DNA of 40,000 bases, taken from NCBI RefSeq assembly GCF_000523275.1, contig NZ_ATHQ01000001.1:1021289-1061288 (forward strand), written 5' to 3'. The translations under genes were made by a program, and so were the position numbers. The stretch's first letter is position 1. Every line of letters begins with the position of its first letter. This stretch comes from Lebetimonas sp. JH292 (GTDB lineage Bacteria > Campylobacterota > Campylobacteria > Campylobacterales > Nautiliaceae). The notes below the pieces were generated by a model that was not told where the DNA came from, did no database searches, and saw only the letters and a list, made by a program, of their open reading frames with translations. This document shows positions 22,424-32,354 of this stretch, piece by piece.

Positions 22424-24394
22424 ATGGGAGTGGTATATTCACTTTATATAATAGCCGCTGTTACTTCTTTGGTTTTATATAAAGAAAATAAAATAGCGCT
22501 GAAAGTGGGCTTTGGTTTAACGGCATTGGCCTCGGCTTATGCTGTTTTTTATTTTTTAATTCATCTGACATCAACTGAGTCTTTATCTCTTGGAAATTAT
22601 TTTATCTTTAATCCGCATTTTATGCTTGACCCGTTAAGAAACTTTTTTTCTTTGGTAATTTCTTTTATAGGACTGGCTGCTTCAATTTATTCAATGAATT
22701 ATGCCGAAGAATATTCAAAAGCTGGAAGTCTTGGGGTAATGGCGTTTTTTTACAGTGCATTTATACTTGCAATGCTTTTGGTTATTTCAGCGGCAAATGT
22801 TTTTTGGTTTATGATTTTTTGGGAATTAATGACATGGGTTTCATATTTTTTAATTTGTTTTAATGATTCTCAAAAATCTCTAAAAGCTACTATTATTTAT
22901 ATGGGAATTGCCCATTTCGGTGGTGTAATGATATTAATATCTTTATTGTTACTCTCTTATCAGGCGGGTTCTTTGGAATTCAGTCATTTTTATAATCTTT
23001 CTCTTTCACCTGTAATGGCAGCTATTATATTTTTATTTGCATTTTTCGGTTTCGGCTCAAAAGCGGGTATGTTCCCGCTTCATGTATGGTTGCCTATGGC
23101 CCACCCGGCTGCACCTTCTAATGTATCAGCCCTTATGAGTGGGGTTATGATTAAAGTTGCAATTTTTGGAATGATTCAAACCTGTTTATGGCTGCCTCTA
23201 ACTTCATGGATGGGAATTACAATATTAATTATAGGTGCACTTTCAGCACTTTTAGGGGTATTGTATGCCTTAATGCAGCATGATTACAAAGCACTTTTGG
23301 CTTACCATTCAGTTGAAAATATAGGAATTATCCTTTTAGGTATAGGTGTTGGAGTTTATGGTATGGCTATACATTCACCTGTTCTTGCAGCAGTTGGATT
23401 TTTAGCAGGTTTATATCACGTATTAAACCATGCAACATTTAAAGGATTGCTTTTCTTGGGTGCGGGAAGTGTATTATATACTACACATACTAAAGATATG
23501 GAAATTTTAGGAGGTCTTGCAAAAAAAATGCCTCTAACTGCTTTTGCGTTTTTAATCGGTTCTATGGCAATATCAGCATTGCCTCCATTGAATGGATTTG
23601 TGAGTGAATGGATAACTTATCAGTCTATGCTCCAGGCTGCGCTTGGTGATGGAATTTTATACAGATTTGCCTTTACACTCTCAATTGTGGCTTTGGCACT
23701 TACAGGTGTACTTGCAGTATTTTGTTTTGTAAAAGTATACAGTGTAATTTTTGGCGGAGTTCCGAGAAACAGAAAAATTTATGAAAAAGCAAAAGAAGTT
23801 CCTCTTTCAATGCTTACAGGAATGTATTTATTGGTTATAGCATGTTTCGCATTCGGTCTTGGAGCAACGAAGGTAGTTAATTATTTGATGAATGTGGTTT
23901 CTTCATTTGCGGGGAACTATCAGGCGACGGCAGGAGGAAATTTAGTTTCACCTTTAGGTTCAATGGTTTCAACGCCGTTTATAGCAATTATGTTAATTTC
24001 TTTCTTGGCACTGCCGTTTATTTTTGTAGTTATATATATTAATAATTCAAAAACAAAAGTAACTATCAGGGAAACTGACCCTTGGGCATGCGGATTTAAA
24101 TATTCTCCAAGAATGCAGATGACTGCCGCTCCGTTTACAGGAAGTTTAAGAAGATTAATGAACTGGTTATACAGATCAGATACAAAAGTAGAAGACCAGG
24201 GATATTTTAAACCTGTAAAATTTACTTATCATGCCAGGGATGTATGGTGGAATTTATTTTATTCTCCATTTATCAAAATTACGACCTATTTATCAGAAAA
24301 AATGAAATATTTGCAAAACGGTAATACAAATATTTACATTTTATATATTTTATTGACGTTATTTATTTTCGTCGGTATAGCATATTTGCTATAA
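22424..24394 (+). CDS. hyfB: Hydrogenase-4 membrane subunit, NuoL/Mrp antiporter-like (HyfB/HycC)
   Basis: 656 aa, polytopic. Conserved FGSKAGMFPLHVWLPMAHPAAPSNVSALMSGVMIK and AYHSVENIG. Confidence 0.88.
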   Translation: MGVVYSLYIIAAVTSLVLYKENKIALKVGFGLTALASAYAVFYFLIHLTSTESLSLGNYFIFNPHFMLDPLRNFFSLVISFIGLAASIYSMNYAEEYSKAGSLGVMAFFYSAFILAMLLVISAANVFWFMIFWELMTWVSYFLICFNDSQKSLKATIIYMGIAHFGGVMILISLLLLSYQAGSLEFSHFYNLSLSPVMAAIIFLFAFFGFGSKAGMFPLHVWLPMAHPAAPSNVSALMSGVMIKVAIFGMIQTCLWLPLTSWMGITILIIGALSALLGVLYALMQHDYKALLAYHSVENIGIILLGIGVGVYGMAIHSPVLAAVGFLAGLYHVLNHATFKGLLFLGAGSVLYTTHTKDMEILGGLAKKMPLTAFAFLIGSMAISALPPLNGFVSEWITYQSMLQAALGDGILYRFAFTLSIVALALTGVLAVFCFVKVYSVIFGGVPRNRKIYEKAKEVPLSMLTGMYLLVIACFAFGLGATKVVNYLMNVVSSFAGNYQATAGGNLVSPLGSMVSTPFIAIMLISFLALPFIFVVIYINNSKTKVTIRETDPWACGFKYSPRMQMTAAPFTGSLRRLMNWLYRSDTKVEDQGYFKPVKFTYHARDVWWNLFYSPFIKITTYLSEKMKYLQNGNTNIYILYILLTLFIFVGIAYLL

Positions 24395-24406
24395 AAGGAG
24401 AAAGCT

Positions 24407-25333
24407 ATGAACAGTATATTTTGGATGGTAATTCAAGTTGTCACAATAGTGGCGGTTATGCCTTTTTTTGACGGAATTGCAAGAATTGTCAGGGCAAGAA
24501 TGCAATCAAGAAAAGGTCCTAACAGTGTTTTTCAGACATATCTGGATATTTTTAAATTATTGAAAAGAGGAGGAAAAACAACCCCTAAATATTCCCACTG
24601 GTTTTTCAGATATGCACCTTTTATGCTTTTTGCTGCAAATGCGGCAATTTTAGCCGCACTTCCTATTACTTACAGCGATAATATCAATGCTGGGGCATAC
24701 GCTGATATATTTGTAATTATTTACTTAGGTGCTCTTGCAAGATTTATTTTCGGGGTTGCTTCCATGGACAGCGGTAGTCCATTTGCCGCAATAGGGGGGA
24801 GCAGGGAGCAGATGCTCGCTGTTTTTGTAGAGCCGGTGGCGATTATCTGTTTAATTGTAATAATGCTTCTTGCCAAAACATCAAATTTAGTTGTTATTCA
24901 AAATTTAGTAAGGGAAGGTGTGGTAGGATATCAAATCCCGGCGTTTGCCGTTGCATCAATTGCTTTTCTTTGGGCAAGTTATGTTGAAACGGGAAGAAAT
25001 CCTTATGATTTGGCCGAAGCTGAACAGGAAGTTTTAGAAGGAGTTGCAGGAGAATATTCAGGAAGCGATTTGGCAATAGTTGATGTTGCTTTAATGATAA
25101 AACAGGTTGCAATGATAGGACTTTTTTTATCTATATTTGAACCTTGGAATTTTACAAATCCTATTTTGGCATTATTAGTTTTTATTATTGAAATTGGAAT
25201 TTTTTATGTAGGCGCAACATTTATAGATAATTTGGGACCTCGTTATAAATTGTTAAAAGGTTTCAAAAAAAATGCCTCTTTTGCATTTTCAGTTGCATTT
25301 GTTGCATTAATACTTTATGTGGTAGGAGTTTAA
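24407..25333 (+). CDS. hyfC: Hydrogenase-4 membrane subunit, NuoH-like (HyfC/HycD)
   Basis: 308 aa, polytopic. RKGPNSVFQTYLDIFKLLKRG and NPYDLAEAEQEVLEG are NuoH/HycD signatures. Confidence 0.88.
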   Translation: MNSIFWMVIQVVTIVAVMPFFDGIARIVRARMQSRKGPNSVFQTYLDIFKLLKRGGKTTPKYSHWFFRYAPFMLFAANAAILAALPITYSDNINAGAYADIFVIIYLGALARFIFGVASMDSGSPFAAIGGSREQMLAVFVEPVAIICLIVIMLLAKTSNLVVIQNLVREGVVGYQIPAFAVASIAFLWASYVETGRNPYDLAEAEQEVLEGVAGEYSGSDLAIVDVALMIKQVAMIGLFLSIFEPWNFTNPILALLVFIIEIGIFYVGATFIDNLGPRYKLLKGFKKNASFAFSVAFVALILYVVGV

Positions 25334-25334
25334 A

Positions 25335-25979
25335 ATGGATATGATAAGTTTTTTGGCAATTTTGATGATAATTGCATCATTTTTGGTGTTTTCCCTTAGA
25401 AATCTTAAATTTGCAACATATGCGTATATAGTAGAAACTTTGCTGTTAGTAGGTATTTTTTTTACATTGGCAGGAAAATATCATGTAAATTCACTTTACG
25501 GATGGGCGGTTATTGCTTTTTTTACAAAAGTTTTAATTGTTCCTTACATTATTTTAAGACTTATTAATAAACTTGGTGTCAAATCTGAAGAAACTCCGGT
25601 AGAAGGGTTTTTTGTAAGTCCGGTTATTGCCCTCGGTTTTTCTTTGGCCATTGCAATGATGCTTTTTCCTGTTTTAAAGAGTTTTGCTTTACTTAAAGAA
25701 AATATACCTTTAGTAGCGTCTTTAACTATTTATTCATTGGGAATATTCGGACTGATTTTAAGAAAAAACGCCGTTAAACAGATTTTATCATTATGTCTTT
25801 TTGAAAACGGAACACATTTAACACTTGCGCTTGTTGCTTATAATTCTCCTGAAATTGTTGATATAGGAATTTTAACAGATGCCATTTTTGCAGTAATTAT
25901 TATGTCAATTTTAGCAACAAGATTTTATAAATTTTTTGGTTCTTTAGATACTTCCAAAGCAAATACTTTAAAAGGATAG
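25335..25979 (+). CDS. hyfE: Hydrogenase-4 membrane subunit HyfE-like (NuoK-related)
   Basis: 214 aa, about 7 TM helices. Its size and position between the HyfC-like and HyfF-like genes match HyfE. Confidence 0.7.
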   Translation: MDMISFLAILMIIASFLVFSLRNLKFATYAYIVETLLLVGIFFTLAGKYHVNSLYGWAVIAFFTKVLIVPYIILRLINKLGVKSEETPVEGFFVSPVIALGFSLAIAMMLFPVLKSFALLKENIPLVASLTIYSLGIFGLILRKNAVKQILSLCLFENGTHLTLALVAYNSPEIVDIGILTDAIFAVIIMSILATRFYKFFGSLDTSKANTLKG

Positions 25980-25982
25980 ATT

Positions 25983-27464
25983 ATGAGTATGCATTTATTA
26001 TTAGCTCTTGTAATGATAACTCCGTTAGCAACGGCTATTATTATATATTTTTTACCGAACAACTTTTCCACACTTTCAATTTTTCATGTAATAGGCTCAT
26101 TTGCCACATCAATAATAGCTTTTTATGCTATTTCAAATGTTATTCACGGAGGTATATATTTTCTTTGGGATGAACTTTTTTTCTTAGATTCTGTAGGAGG
26201 AGTGTTTTTAGCGCTTATTGCTTTGACAGGACTTTTAATTAATCTTTATGCAGTGAAATATATGCAGTGGGATTTGGAAGAGGGAAAAATAAAAATAAAA
26301 GACGTTAAATTATATTATTCATTAATGAATTTATTTATATTTACAATGATTACATCAGTAGTTGCAAACAATATTGCAATAATGTGGGCTGCAATTGAGG
26401 CAACCACTCTTTCATCTGTATTTATGGTGGCACTTTACAAAAACAAAAGAGCTACTGAGAGCGGATGGAAATATATAATTATTTGTAGTGTCGGTTTGGC
26501 TTTTGCACTTTATGCAACTGTATTAATGTATGGAGCAGGATATCATGCATTAAAAAACGGTGAAAGTGCGATGCTTTGGACATCTTTATATACGAATGCA
26601 AAACTTTTAGACCCGAGTGCATTAAAATTGATTTTTGTTTTTGCTTTAATAGGATTTGGAACAAAAGCAGGTCTTGCACCAATGCATACATGGCTTCCTG
26701 ACGTTCACTCAGAAGGTCCTTCTCCGACTTCAGCTATTCTAAGCGCAGTTTTATTAAAATGTGCAATATTGGCGATAGTCAGATATTATTCTGTTATAGG
26801 AGAAAACGTAGGATTTACGTATGTTCAAATACTTACACTTGTTGTATCACTGCTTTCAATATTTATTGCGGCAATGTTTATAATTCGCCAAAAAGATATA
26901 AAAAGAATGTTTGCATACCACTCAGTAGAACACGTTGGGATAATTGCTTTTGGATTTGGAATCGGCGGACCTTTAGGCGTTTTTGCAGGGCTTTTTCATA
27001 CAATGGCCCATTCTCTTTCAAAAGCGCTTGCTTTTTGTGTAAGCGGAAATATTATGAAAATTTATGGCACAAGGGATATGGACAAAATGGGAGGACTTAT
27101 GAAAATAAACCCTTTAACGGCGGTGCTTTTTGCCATTGCAATATTTTCATTAATCGGCGCACCTTTGCTTGCTGTATTTGTAAGTGAGTTTTTAATGGTC
27201 AAAGCAAGTATCATGACTACCCAGTATTTGCCGGTATTTTTATTTGTTGTCGGACTTGGAATTATTGTTATAGGTGTTTTGGCTCACTTTAATCATGTTG
27301 TGTTTGGAAAACCAAGAGGAGAGGTTAAAACACAAACACTCGGAGCAAATGCTCATTTGCCTTTAATAGTTTTGGGGGCTTTGATAATAGCTTTTGGAGT
27401 TTTTTATATTCAAGACTGGTATTTATTGCTTGATAATGCAGTAAAAAATATTTTACATATTTAA
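25983..27464 (+). CDS. hyfF: Hydrogenase-4 membrane subunit, NuoN/M antiporter-like (HyfF)
   Basis: 493 aa. GFGTKAGLAPMHTWLPDVHSEGPSPTSAILSAVLLK and AYHSVEHVG. Confidence 0.85.
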   Translation: MSMHLLLALVMITPLATAIIIYFLPNNFSTLSIFHVIGSFATSIIAFYAISNVIHGGIYFLWDELFFLDSVGGVFLALIALTGLLINLYAVKYMQWDLEEGKIKIKDVKLYYSLMNLFIFTMITSVVANNIAIMWAAIEATTLSSVFMVALYKNKRATESGWKYIIICSVGLAFALYATVLMYGAGYHALKNGESAMLWTSLYTNAKLLDPSALKLIFVFALIGFGTKAGLAPMHTWLPDVHSEGPSPTSAILSAVLLKCAILAIVRYYSVIGENVGFTYVQILTLVVSLLSIFIAAMFIIRQKDIKRMFAYHSVEHVGIIAFGFGIGGPLGVFAGLFHTMAHSLSKALAFCVSGNIMKIYGTRDMDKMGGLMKINPLTAVLFAIAIFSLIGAPLLAVFVSEFLMVKASIMTTQYLPVFLFVVGLGIIVIGVLAHFNHVVFGKPRGEVKTQTLGANAHLPLIVLGALIIAFGVFYIQDWYLLLDNAVKNILHI

Positions 27465-27473
27465 GGAGAAATT

Positions 27474-29210
27474 ATGGTTGGAGATAAATTTATAAACAGA
27501 TTAAAACAAAAAATTAAAATTAAGGATATTGTGAGAAATCCTGAAGATCAGATTGTTATTACAGTCGATAGAAACGATTTGCCTGAAGCTGTGAGAATGC
27601 TTTATTATGATATGGGCGGATGGCTTTCAAGTATGGTTCCAACCGATGAGAGGGAAATAAACGGATGCTATGGGGTTTATTTTATTTTATCAATGGAAGG
27701 AAGTAAAATAAATCCTGAAGATGAATTAAGTCAAAATGACAAATGCTGGATTACCGTAAGAGCTTATTTGCCTTCTACAAATCCCATTTATCCATCAGTT
27801 ACAAAAAAAGTTCCGGCAGCCGTCTGGTATGAAAGGGAAGCATATGATATGTTTGGGATTGTGGCAGAAGGTTTGCCTGATCCAAGAAGACTGGTACTTC
27901 CTGATGACTGGCCAGAAGAGATTCATCCTTTAAGAAAAGATGCAATGGATTACAGATACAGGCCCGACGCACTCGCTCCAGAAGATGAGCCTGATTATGA
28001 ATTTATAACACCGGAAGGTGAAGGCACCGTTGATGTTCCATGGGGGCCTTTGCATATTACAAGTGATGAACCGGGTCATTTCAGGCTTTTTTGCGACGGT
28101 GAAACAATTATAGATGCGGATTACAGGTTATATTATCAGCACAGAGGTATGGAAAAGCTTGCCGAAAATAGAATGAATTATGACCAGATGGGGTTTTTGG
28201 CTGAAAGGGTATGTGGAATTTGCGGATTTGCACATTCAATCGCCTGTATAGAAGCGGCTGAAAGAGCTGTCGGAATGAACATTCCTTTGCGTGCCCAAGC
28301 GATTAGGGCGATGTGTCTTGAAATTGAAAGACTGCATTCACATTTATTAAATATCGGTCTTGCCTGTGAAGTTACGGGTAATGTAACAGCTTTTATGCAT
28401 ATATTTAGAGTTCGTGAATATACGATGCAGCTTGCGGAATTAGTTACAGGAGGCAGAAAAACTTATGGAAACGTAATGGTTGGCGGTGTAAGGCGCGATA
28501 TGACGGCTGAAGAGATGAAAAAAGCGCTGGAGCTTGTAGATAAAATAGACTCTCTTACAAGAGAAGTCTGGGATGCAGTTATGGAAGATGATGCTCAGAT
28601 TGCAAGATGGAAAGGTGTTGGAATACTTGATAGAAAAGTTGCAAGGGATTTTTCACCCGTAGGTCCGAATATCAGAGGGAGCGGATTTAAAAGAGATACA
28701 AGATACGACCATCCGTATGATATTTTTGAAAAATTGGAATTTGATGTGGCAGTAGAAAACGGATGCGATGTTTTGGCAAGGGAAACCGTAAGATACAAAG
28801 AAGTACTGGAATCACTTAAAATTATAAGACAGTGTATTGAATTTATGCCGAACACTTCAATATTTATCAAGCCACAAGATACTATTATTAAACCAGGAGC
28901 TTTTGCATTGGGAAACGATGAAGCTCCAAGGGGGGAAAATATTCACTGGGTAATGCATGGAAACGCTCAGAAAGTATTCAGATGGAGATGTAGGGCGGCT
29001 ACATATAATAACTGGCCGTCACTCAGGTATCAATTCCAGGGTAACGATATTTCCGACGCAGCTTTAATTGTTACATCATTAGACCCATGTTATTCATGTA
29101 CGGAAAGGGTCACAGTTATTGATGTAAAGACCAAAAAAGCAAGAATAGTGACTCAAAAAGAGTTAAAAAAATATGCGCAGACACTTAAAAACTCTCCATT
29201 AAAGAAATAG
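27474..29210 (+). CDS. hyfG: Group 4 [NiFe]-hydrogenase large subunit (HycE/HyfG; NuoC-NuoD fusion)
   Basis: 578 aa. N-terminal NuoC-like domain, the Ni-binding motifs RVCGICGFAHS and DPCYSCTER, and a 32-residue C-terminal tail expected to be cleaved by HycI. Confidence 0.93.
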   Translation: MVGDKFINRLKQKIKIKDIVRNPEDQIVITVDRNDLPEAVRMLYYDMGGWLSSMVPTDEREINGCYGVYFILSMEGSKINPEDELSQNDKCWITVRAYLPSTNPIYPSVTKKVPAAVWYEREAYDMFGIVAEGLPDPRRLVLPDDWPEEIHPLRKDAMDYRYRPDALAPEDEPDYEFITPEGEGTVDVPWGPLHITSDEPGHFRLFCDGETIIDADYRLYYQHRGMEKLAENRMNYDQMGFLAERVCGICGFAHSIACIEAAERAVGMNIPLRAQAIRAMCLEIERLHSHLLNIGLACEVTGNVTAFMHIFRVREYTMQLAELVTGGRKTYGNVMVGGVRRDMTAEEMKKALELVDKIDSLTREVWDAVMEDDAQIARWKGVGILDRKVARDFSPVGPNIRGSGFKRDTRYDHPYDIFEKLEFDVAVENGCDVLARETVRYKEVLESLKIIRQCIEFMPNTSIFIKPQDTIIKPGAFALGNDEAPRGENIHWVMHGNAQKVFRWRCRAATYNNWPSLRYQFQGNDISDAALIVTSLDPCYSCTERVTVIDVKTKKARIVTQKELKKYAQTLKNSPLKK

Positions 29211-29219
29211 GAGTTAAAA

Positions 29220-29753
29220 ATGAAACTTTTAGATATATCAAAAGAAATCGGGATAATAACATATGATTATCCGTTTAAACCATATGAAGTTCCCGAAGGT
29301 TTTCGTGGAAAACCTGAATATGATTATGAAAAATGTATAGGATGCGGTGCATGTGCAATAGCGTGCCCTCCTAATGCTTTAAATGTAAAATATGACAAAG
29401 AAAATAATAAAGTAATCTGGTCTTTTGACTGCGGAAGATGTATTTTTTGTGGAAGATGTGAAGAAGTTTGTCCTACCGGAGCAATAGCTCTTTCACCTTT
29501 ATATGAAATGGCAGTAAGATTTGATTATAAAAATCTAAAAGAAGAGAGTGAACTTGAAGTTGTAAAATGCAAAATATGCGGTAAAGCTTTTACAACAAAA
29601 AGACTTATCAATTATGCCATAGAAAGAATGGAGGTTGCGGGTGCGGTAATTAATGAAGAAAAAATCGATTATTTGCATACATGTCCCGAATGTAAAAAAT
29701 CTGGTGCCGTTGAAAAATTTATATCAGAAGAGCACTTTGGAGGTAAAAAATGA
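29220..29753 (+). CDS. hyfH: Hydrogenase 2x[4Fe-4S] subunit (HycF/HyfH, NuoI-like)
   Basis: 177 aa with CIGCGACAIACP and CIFCGRCEEVCP. Confidence 0.88.
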   Translation: MKLLDISKEIGIITYDYPFKPYEVPEGFRGKPEYDYEKCIGCGACAIACPPNALNVKYDKENNKVIWSFDCGRCIFCGRCEEVCPTGAIALSPLYEMAVRFDYKNLKEESELEVVKCKICGKAFTTKRLINYAIERMEVAGAVINEEKIDYLHTCPECKKSGAVEKFISEEHFGGKK

Positions 29754-30580
29754 GTAAAAAACCAACAGTAATATTGCCAAATGAAATATTTGAAGCAAAT
29801 AAGCTGGAAGATAAAATTAAACATTTACAAAATATAAAAAGAAGCTTTAATGTTTTTAGGATTGACTGTGGATCCTGCAACGGTTGTGAAATAGAAATAT
29901 TTGCTGCTATTACTCCTATGTGGGACCCTGAGAGGTTTGGCTTTAAACTTGTTGCAAGTCCGAGACATGCGGATATTCTTGTTTGTACAGGGCCTCTTAC
30001 AAGGCAGACTTATTATCCTCTTTTAAGGGCTTATGAAGCCACCCCAGACCCTAAAGTTGTGGTTGCTGTTGGGGCTTGTGGATGCAGCGGTGGTATATTT
30101 TATGATTCTTATGCAGTCTGGGGAGGTATTAAAAGCACAGTGCCTGTTGATGTGTTTGTGCCGGGCTGTCCACCTCATCCGGCAAGTATTATTTACGGAC
30201 TTGCAGTCGGGCTTGATATTTTAAAACAGCGTCTTGAATATAAAAAACATGATGGAGATAGCGGGGATGCACCTGAAATTGAGAAATCTCTTTTAGACAA
30301 TATTCTTTTTGAACGTGATGTTTATATGGAATCTAAAAGGCTTATGGGATATTTGTTTGGTAAAAAACTTTACAATAAATTCATTGATATTATGAAAAAA
30401 TCAAAAGATCCTAAAAATCCGGAAATTACAAAAAATTCTTTTATAAAAAATATAAAAAATGAACAAGATTCAAGATACAGGGAATGTATGGTTACTTTAT
30501 TCAATGAAGTTTATCTTCCTTTTTTAAAAAAACATTTTTATTTAAATATAGATAAATATAATATTATGGAAAAAATATGA
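29750..30580 (+). CDS. hyfI: Group 4 [NiFe]-hydrogenase small subunit (HycG/HyfI, NuoB-like)
   Basis: 276 aa with DCGSCNGCEIEI, GACGCSGG and PGCPP. The C-terminal extension (ESKRLMGYLFGKKL) resembles the HycG tail. Confidence 0.9.
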   Translation: MSKKPTVILPNEIFEANKLEDKIKHLQNIKRSFNVFRIDCGSCNGCEIEIFAAITPMWDPERFGFKLVASPRHADILVCTGPLTRQTYYPLLRAYEATPDPKVVVAVGACGCSGGIFYDSYAVWGGIKSTVPVDVFVPGCPPHPASIIYGLAVGLDILKQRLEYKKHDGDSGDAPEIEKSLLDNILFERDVYMESKRLMGYLFGKKLYNKFIDIMKKSKDPKNPEITKNSFIKNIKNEQDSRYRECMVTLFNEVYLPFLKKHFYLNIDKYNIMEKI

Positions 30581-30918
30581 TTGAGGTAAACAGATTAACC
30601 AAAAGGCATGTGGACAAACCTAAAAAAATGCCAAGAGAGTTAGAGCAGATTAAAATATTTTCCACTCTTACAGGACATGGGGTGGGTACTATTGATTTTG
30701 TCGAGTGTGTTATGAAACTTGAAGATGAAGAATTTAATAATATTTTGGAAAATTCAAAAGATTATGCCAAATTTAAACTGGGTAATCTTTTGAAATACAG
30801 GGAAATAGAAATTTTTCCCGAACATATTGAGAAATTAAAAGATTCAATGGCTGAATGTGAATTAAAAAATCTTTTTTTATCCTTAAAAGAGGGATATTTT
30901 GTATTAAGGCTGAAATAA
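30577..30918 (+). CDS. hycH: HycH/HyfJ-like formate hydrogenlyase maturation protein
   Basis: 113 aa. The position and the motif LTGHGVGTIDF (compare HycH AIGHHVGVIDC) support the call, but the similarity is modest. Confidence 0.6.
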   Translation: MIEVNRLTKRHVDKPKKMPRELEQIKIFSTLTGHGVGTIDFVECVMKLEDEEFNNILENSKDYAKFKLGNLLKYREIEIFPEHIEKLKDSMAECELKNLFLSLKEGYFVLRLK

Positions 30919-31358
30919 TGAAAAAAGCCCTTTTGGTTATTGGTAATGATTTAAGAGGTGATGACGGCGCTGCATTATATCTTGGAAAACTGGTTGAAAA
31001 AAATTTACCTGAATGGAAAGTTTTTTTCGGTAATGATACACCTGAAGATAAAATTTATCAAATCAGGGATTTTAATCCCGATTTGCTGGTTGTTGCAGAT
31101 TCGGTTGTAGGGCTTGAATCTAAAAGTGAATTTTTAGAAGTTAAATCATCTCCAGAATATATTTTTACTACCCATAATATTCCTACTCATATTCTTATTA
31201 ATCTGCTTGAAAATTTTGCCAAAAAAGTCTTTTTTTTAGGAATAAATGTAAAAAAGGAAAATTTAAGCGGAATTAATATGAACCTTTCTGATGAAGCAAA
31301 AGAAAACTCATTAAATGCTTTTTTACAGATAAAAAAATTTAACTCTTTATTTAATTAA
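30918..31358 (+). CDS. hycI: Hydrogenase 3-type maturation endopeptidase HycI
   Basis: 146 aa. LLVIGNDLRGDDGAALYLG and the ..DS.. metal-ligand pattern. Confidence 0.8.
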   Translation: MKKALLVIGNDLRGDDGAALYLGKLVEKNLPEWKVFFGNDTPEDKIYQIRDFNPDLLVVADSVVGLESKSEFLEVKSSPEYIFTTHNIPTHILINLLENFAKKVFFLGINVKKENLSGINMNLSDEAKENSLNAFLQIKKFNSLFN

Positions 31359-31368
31359 ATTTTTTTAA

Positions 31369-31390
31369 CCGTCTTTTATAAGACACAATT
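31369..31390 (+). promoter_or_regulatory. Conserved operator-like motif, copy 2 (CCGTCTTTTATAAGACACAATT)
   Basis: See copy 1 at 19539-19560. Here the dyad GTCTT-TTAT-AAGAC is perfect, and it sits at the same 74-nt distance from the focA ATG. A TATAAA box follows at 31405-31410, in the same relative position as TATATT in copy 1. Confidence 0.55.
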
Positions 31391-31444
31391 CTTTTTTAAT
31401 TCATTATAAACTTTTATGTATTTAAATTTTAAAAAGGAGTAAAA

Positions 31445-32323
31445 ATGGTAAAAGCACCTCATGAAACAATAGTTGCTTTATCTGACATGTCAAAACATAA
31501 AGCGGAACTGCCTATTTTAAGCGTTATTCTTCTTGCTATTATGGCCGGAAGCGCCATTGCAATAGGTGATATTTTCTGGGCTCATGCCACAGTGGGTGTT
31601 GGTGCAAAACTGGCACCAGGTATTGCTAATTTTATAGGAGGTTTTGCATTCTCCGCAGGATTGATGTTAGTTGTATTTTACGGAGGACATTTATTTACAA
31701 GTTCAGTATTGAGTGGTGTTAGCTGTTGTGAAAAAAAAGTTGGAATTTTTGGTGGAGTTGTAAGTTATTGGACAATTGTTTGGATTTTTAACTTTGTGGG
31801 AGCCGCTTTTACAGCCTGGCTTTATTACAAATCAGGGCTTCCTTTAAAATATCATGAAGCTATTTTAAAACATTTTGTTCATTTAGGAGAAGCAAAAGTA
31901 TCTTTAACTTTTACAGAAGCCTTTATAAGAGGTATTTTTTGTAATGTGTTAGTTTGTATGGCTGTCTGGCTTGCTGTTGCATGTAAAGACGGTGCAGGTA
32001 AAGTCTGGGGTATCGCATTTATTATTGCGGCATTTGTTGCCAGTGGATATGAGCACTGTGTTGCTAATATGTTTATTATTTCAGAAGGTCTAATAGCAAA
32101 AGCACATTATATGGCTCAGTTTGGCGGCGATATTCATGCAGTTGCCAGTGCCCTTCATCTTCCGGCTGAAGCGATAGAACATTTAAATATAAAATCTTTT
32201 TTATTGGATAATGAATTACCTGTAACATTGGGAAATATTGTAGGTGGAGTTATTTTTGTCGGAATTGTGGCTCTTATGGCTCATAAACCCGATATTGAAA
32301 AAAGCGGTTGTAATAATCATTAA
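31445..32323 (+). CDS. focA: Formate/nitrite transporter family channel (FocA-like)
   Basis: 292 aa, six-TM FNT fold. GGHLFTSS and the SGYEHCVANMF signature. Confidence 0.9.
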   Translation: MVKAPHETIVALSDMSKHKAELPILSVILLAIMAGSAIAIGDIFWAHATVGVGAKLAPGIANFIGGFAFSAGLMLVVFYGGHLFTSSVLSGVSCCEKKVGIFGGVVSYWTIVWIFNFVGAAFTAWLYYKSGLPLKYHEAILKHFVHLGEAKVSLTFTEAFIRGIFCNVLVCMAVWLAVACKDGAGKVWGIAFIIAAFVASGYEHCVANMFIISEGLIAKAHYMAQFGGDIHAVASALHLPAEAIEHLNIKSFLLDNELPVTLGNIVGGVIFVGIVALMAHKPDIEKSGCNNH

Positions 32324-32331
32324 TTAAATTA

Positions 32332-32354
32332 TATCCGTCTTATTGACGGATATA
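32332..32354 (+). other. Stable hairpin ATATCCGTC-TTATT-GACGGATAT downstream of focA (no U tract)
   Basis: 9-bp perfect stem starting 9 nt after the focA stop codon. Neither strand has a T run after it, so it is not a canonical intrinsic terminator. Confidence 0.5.
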
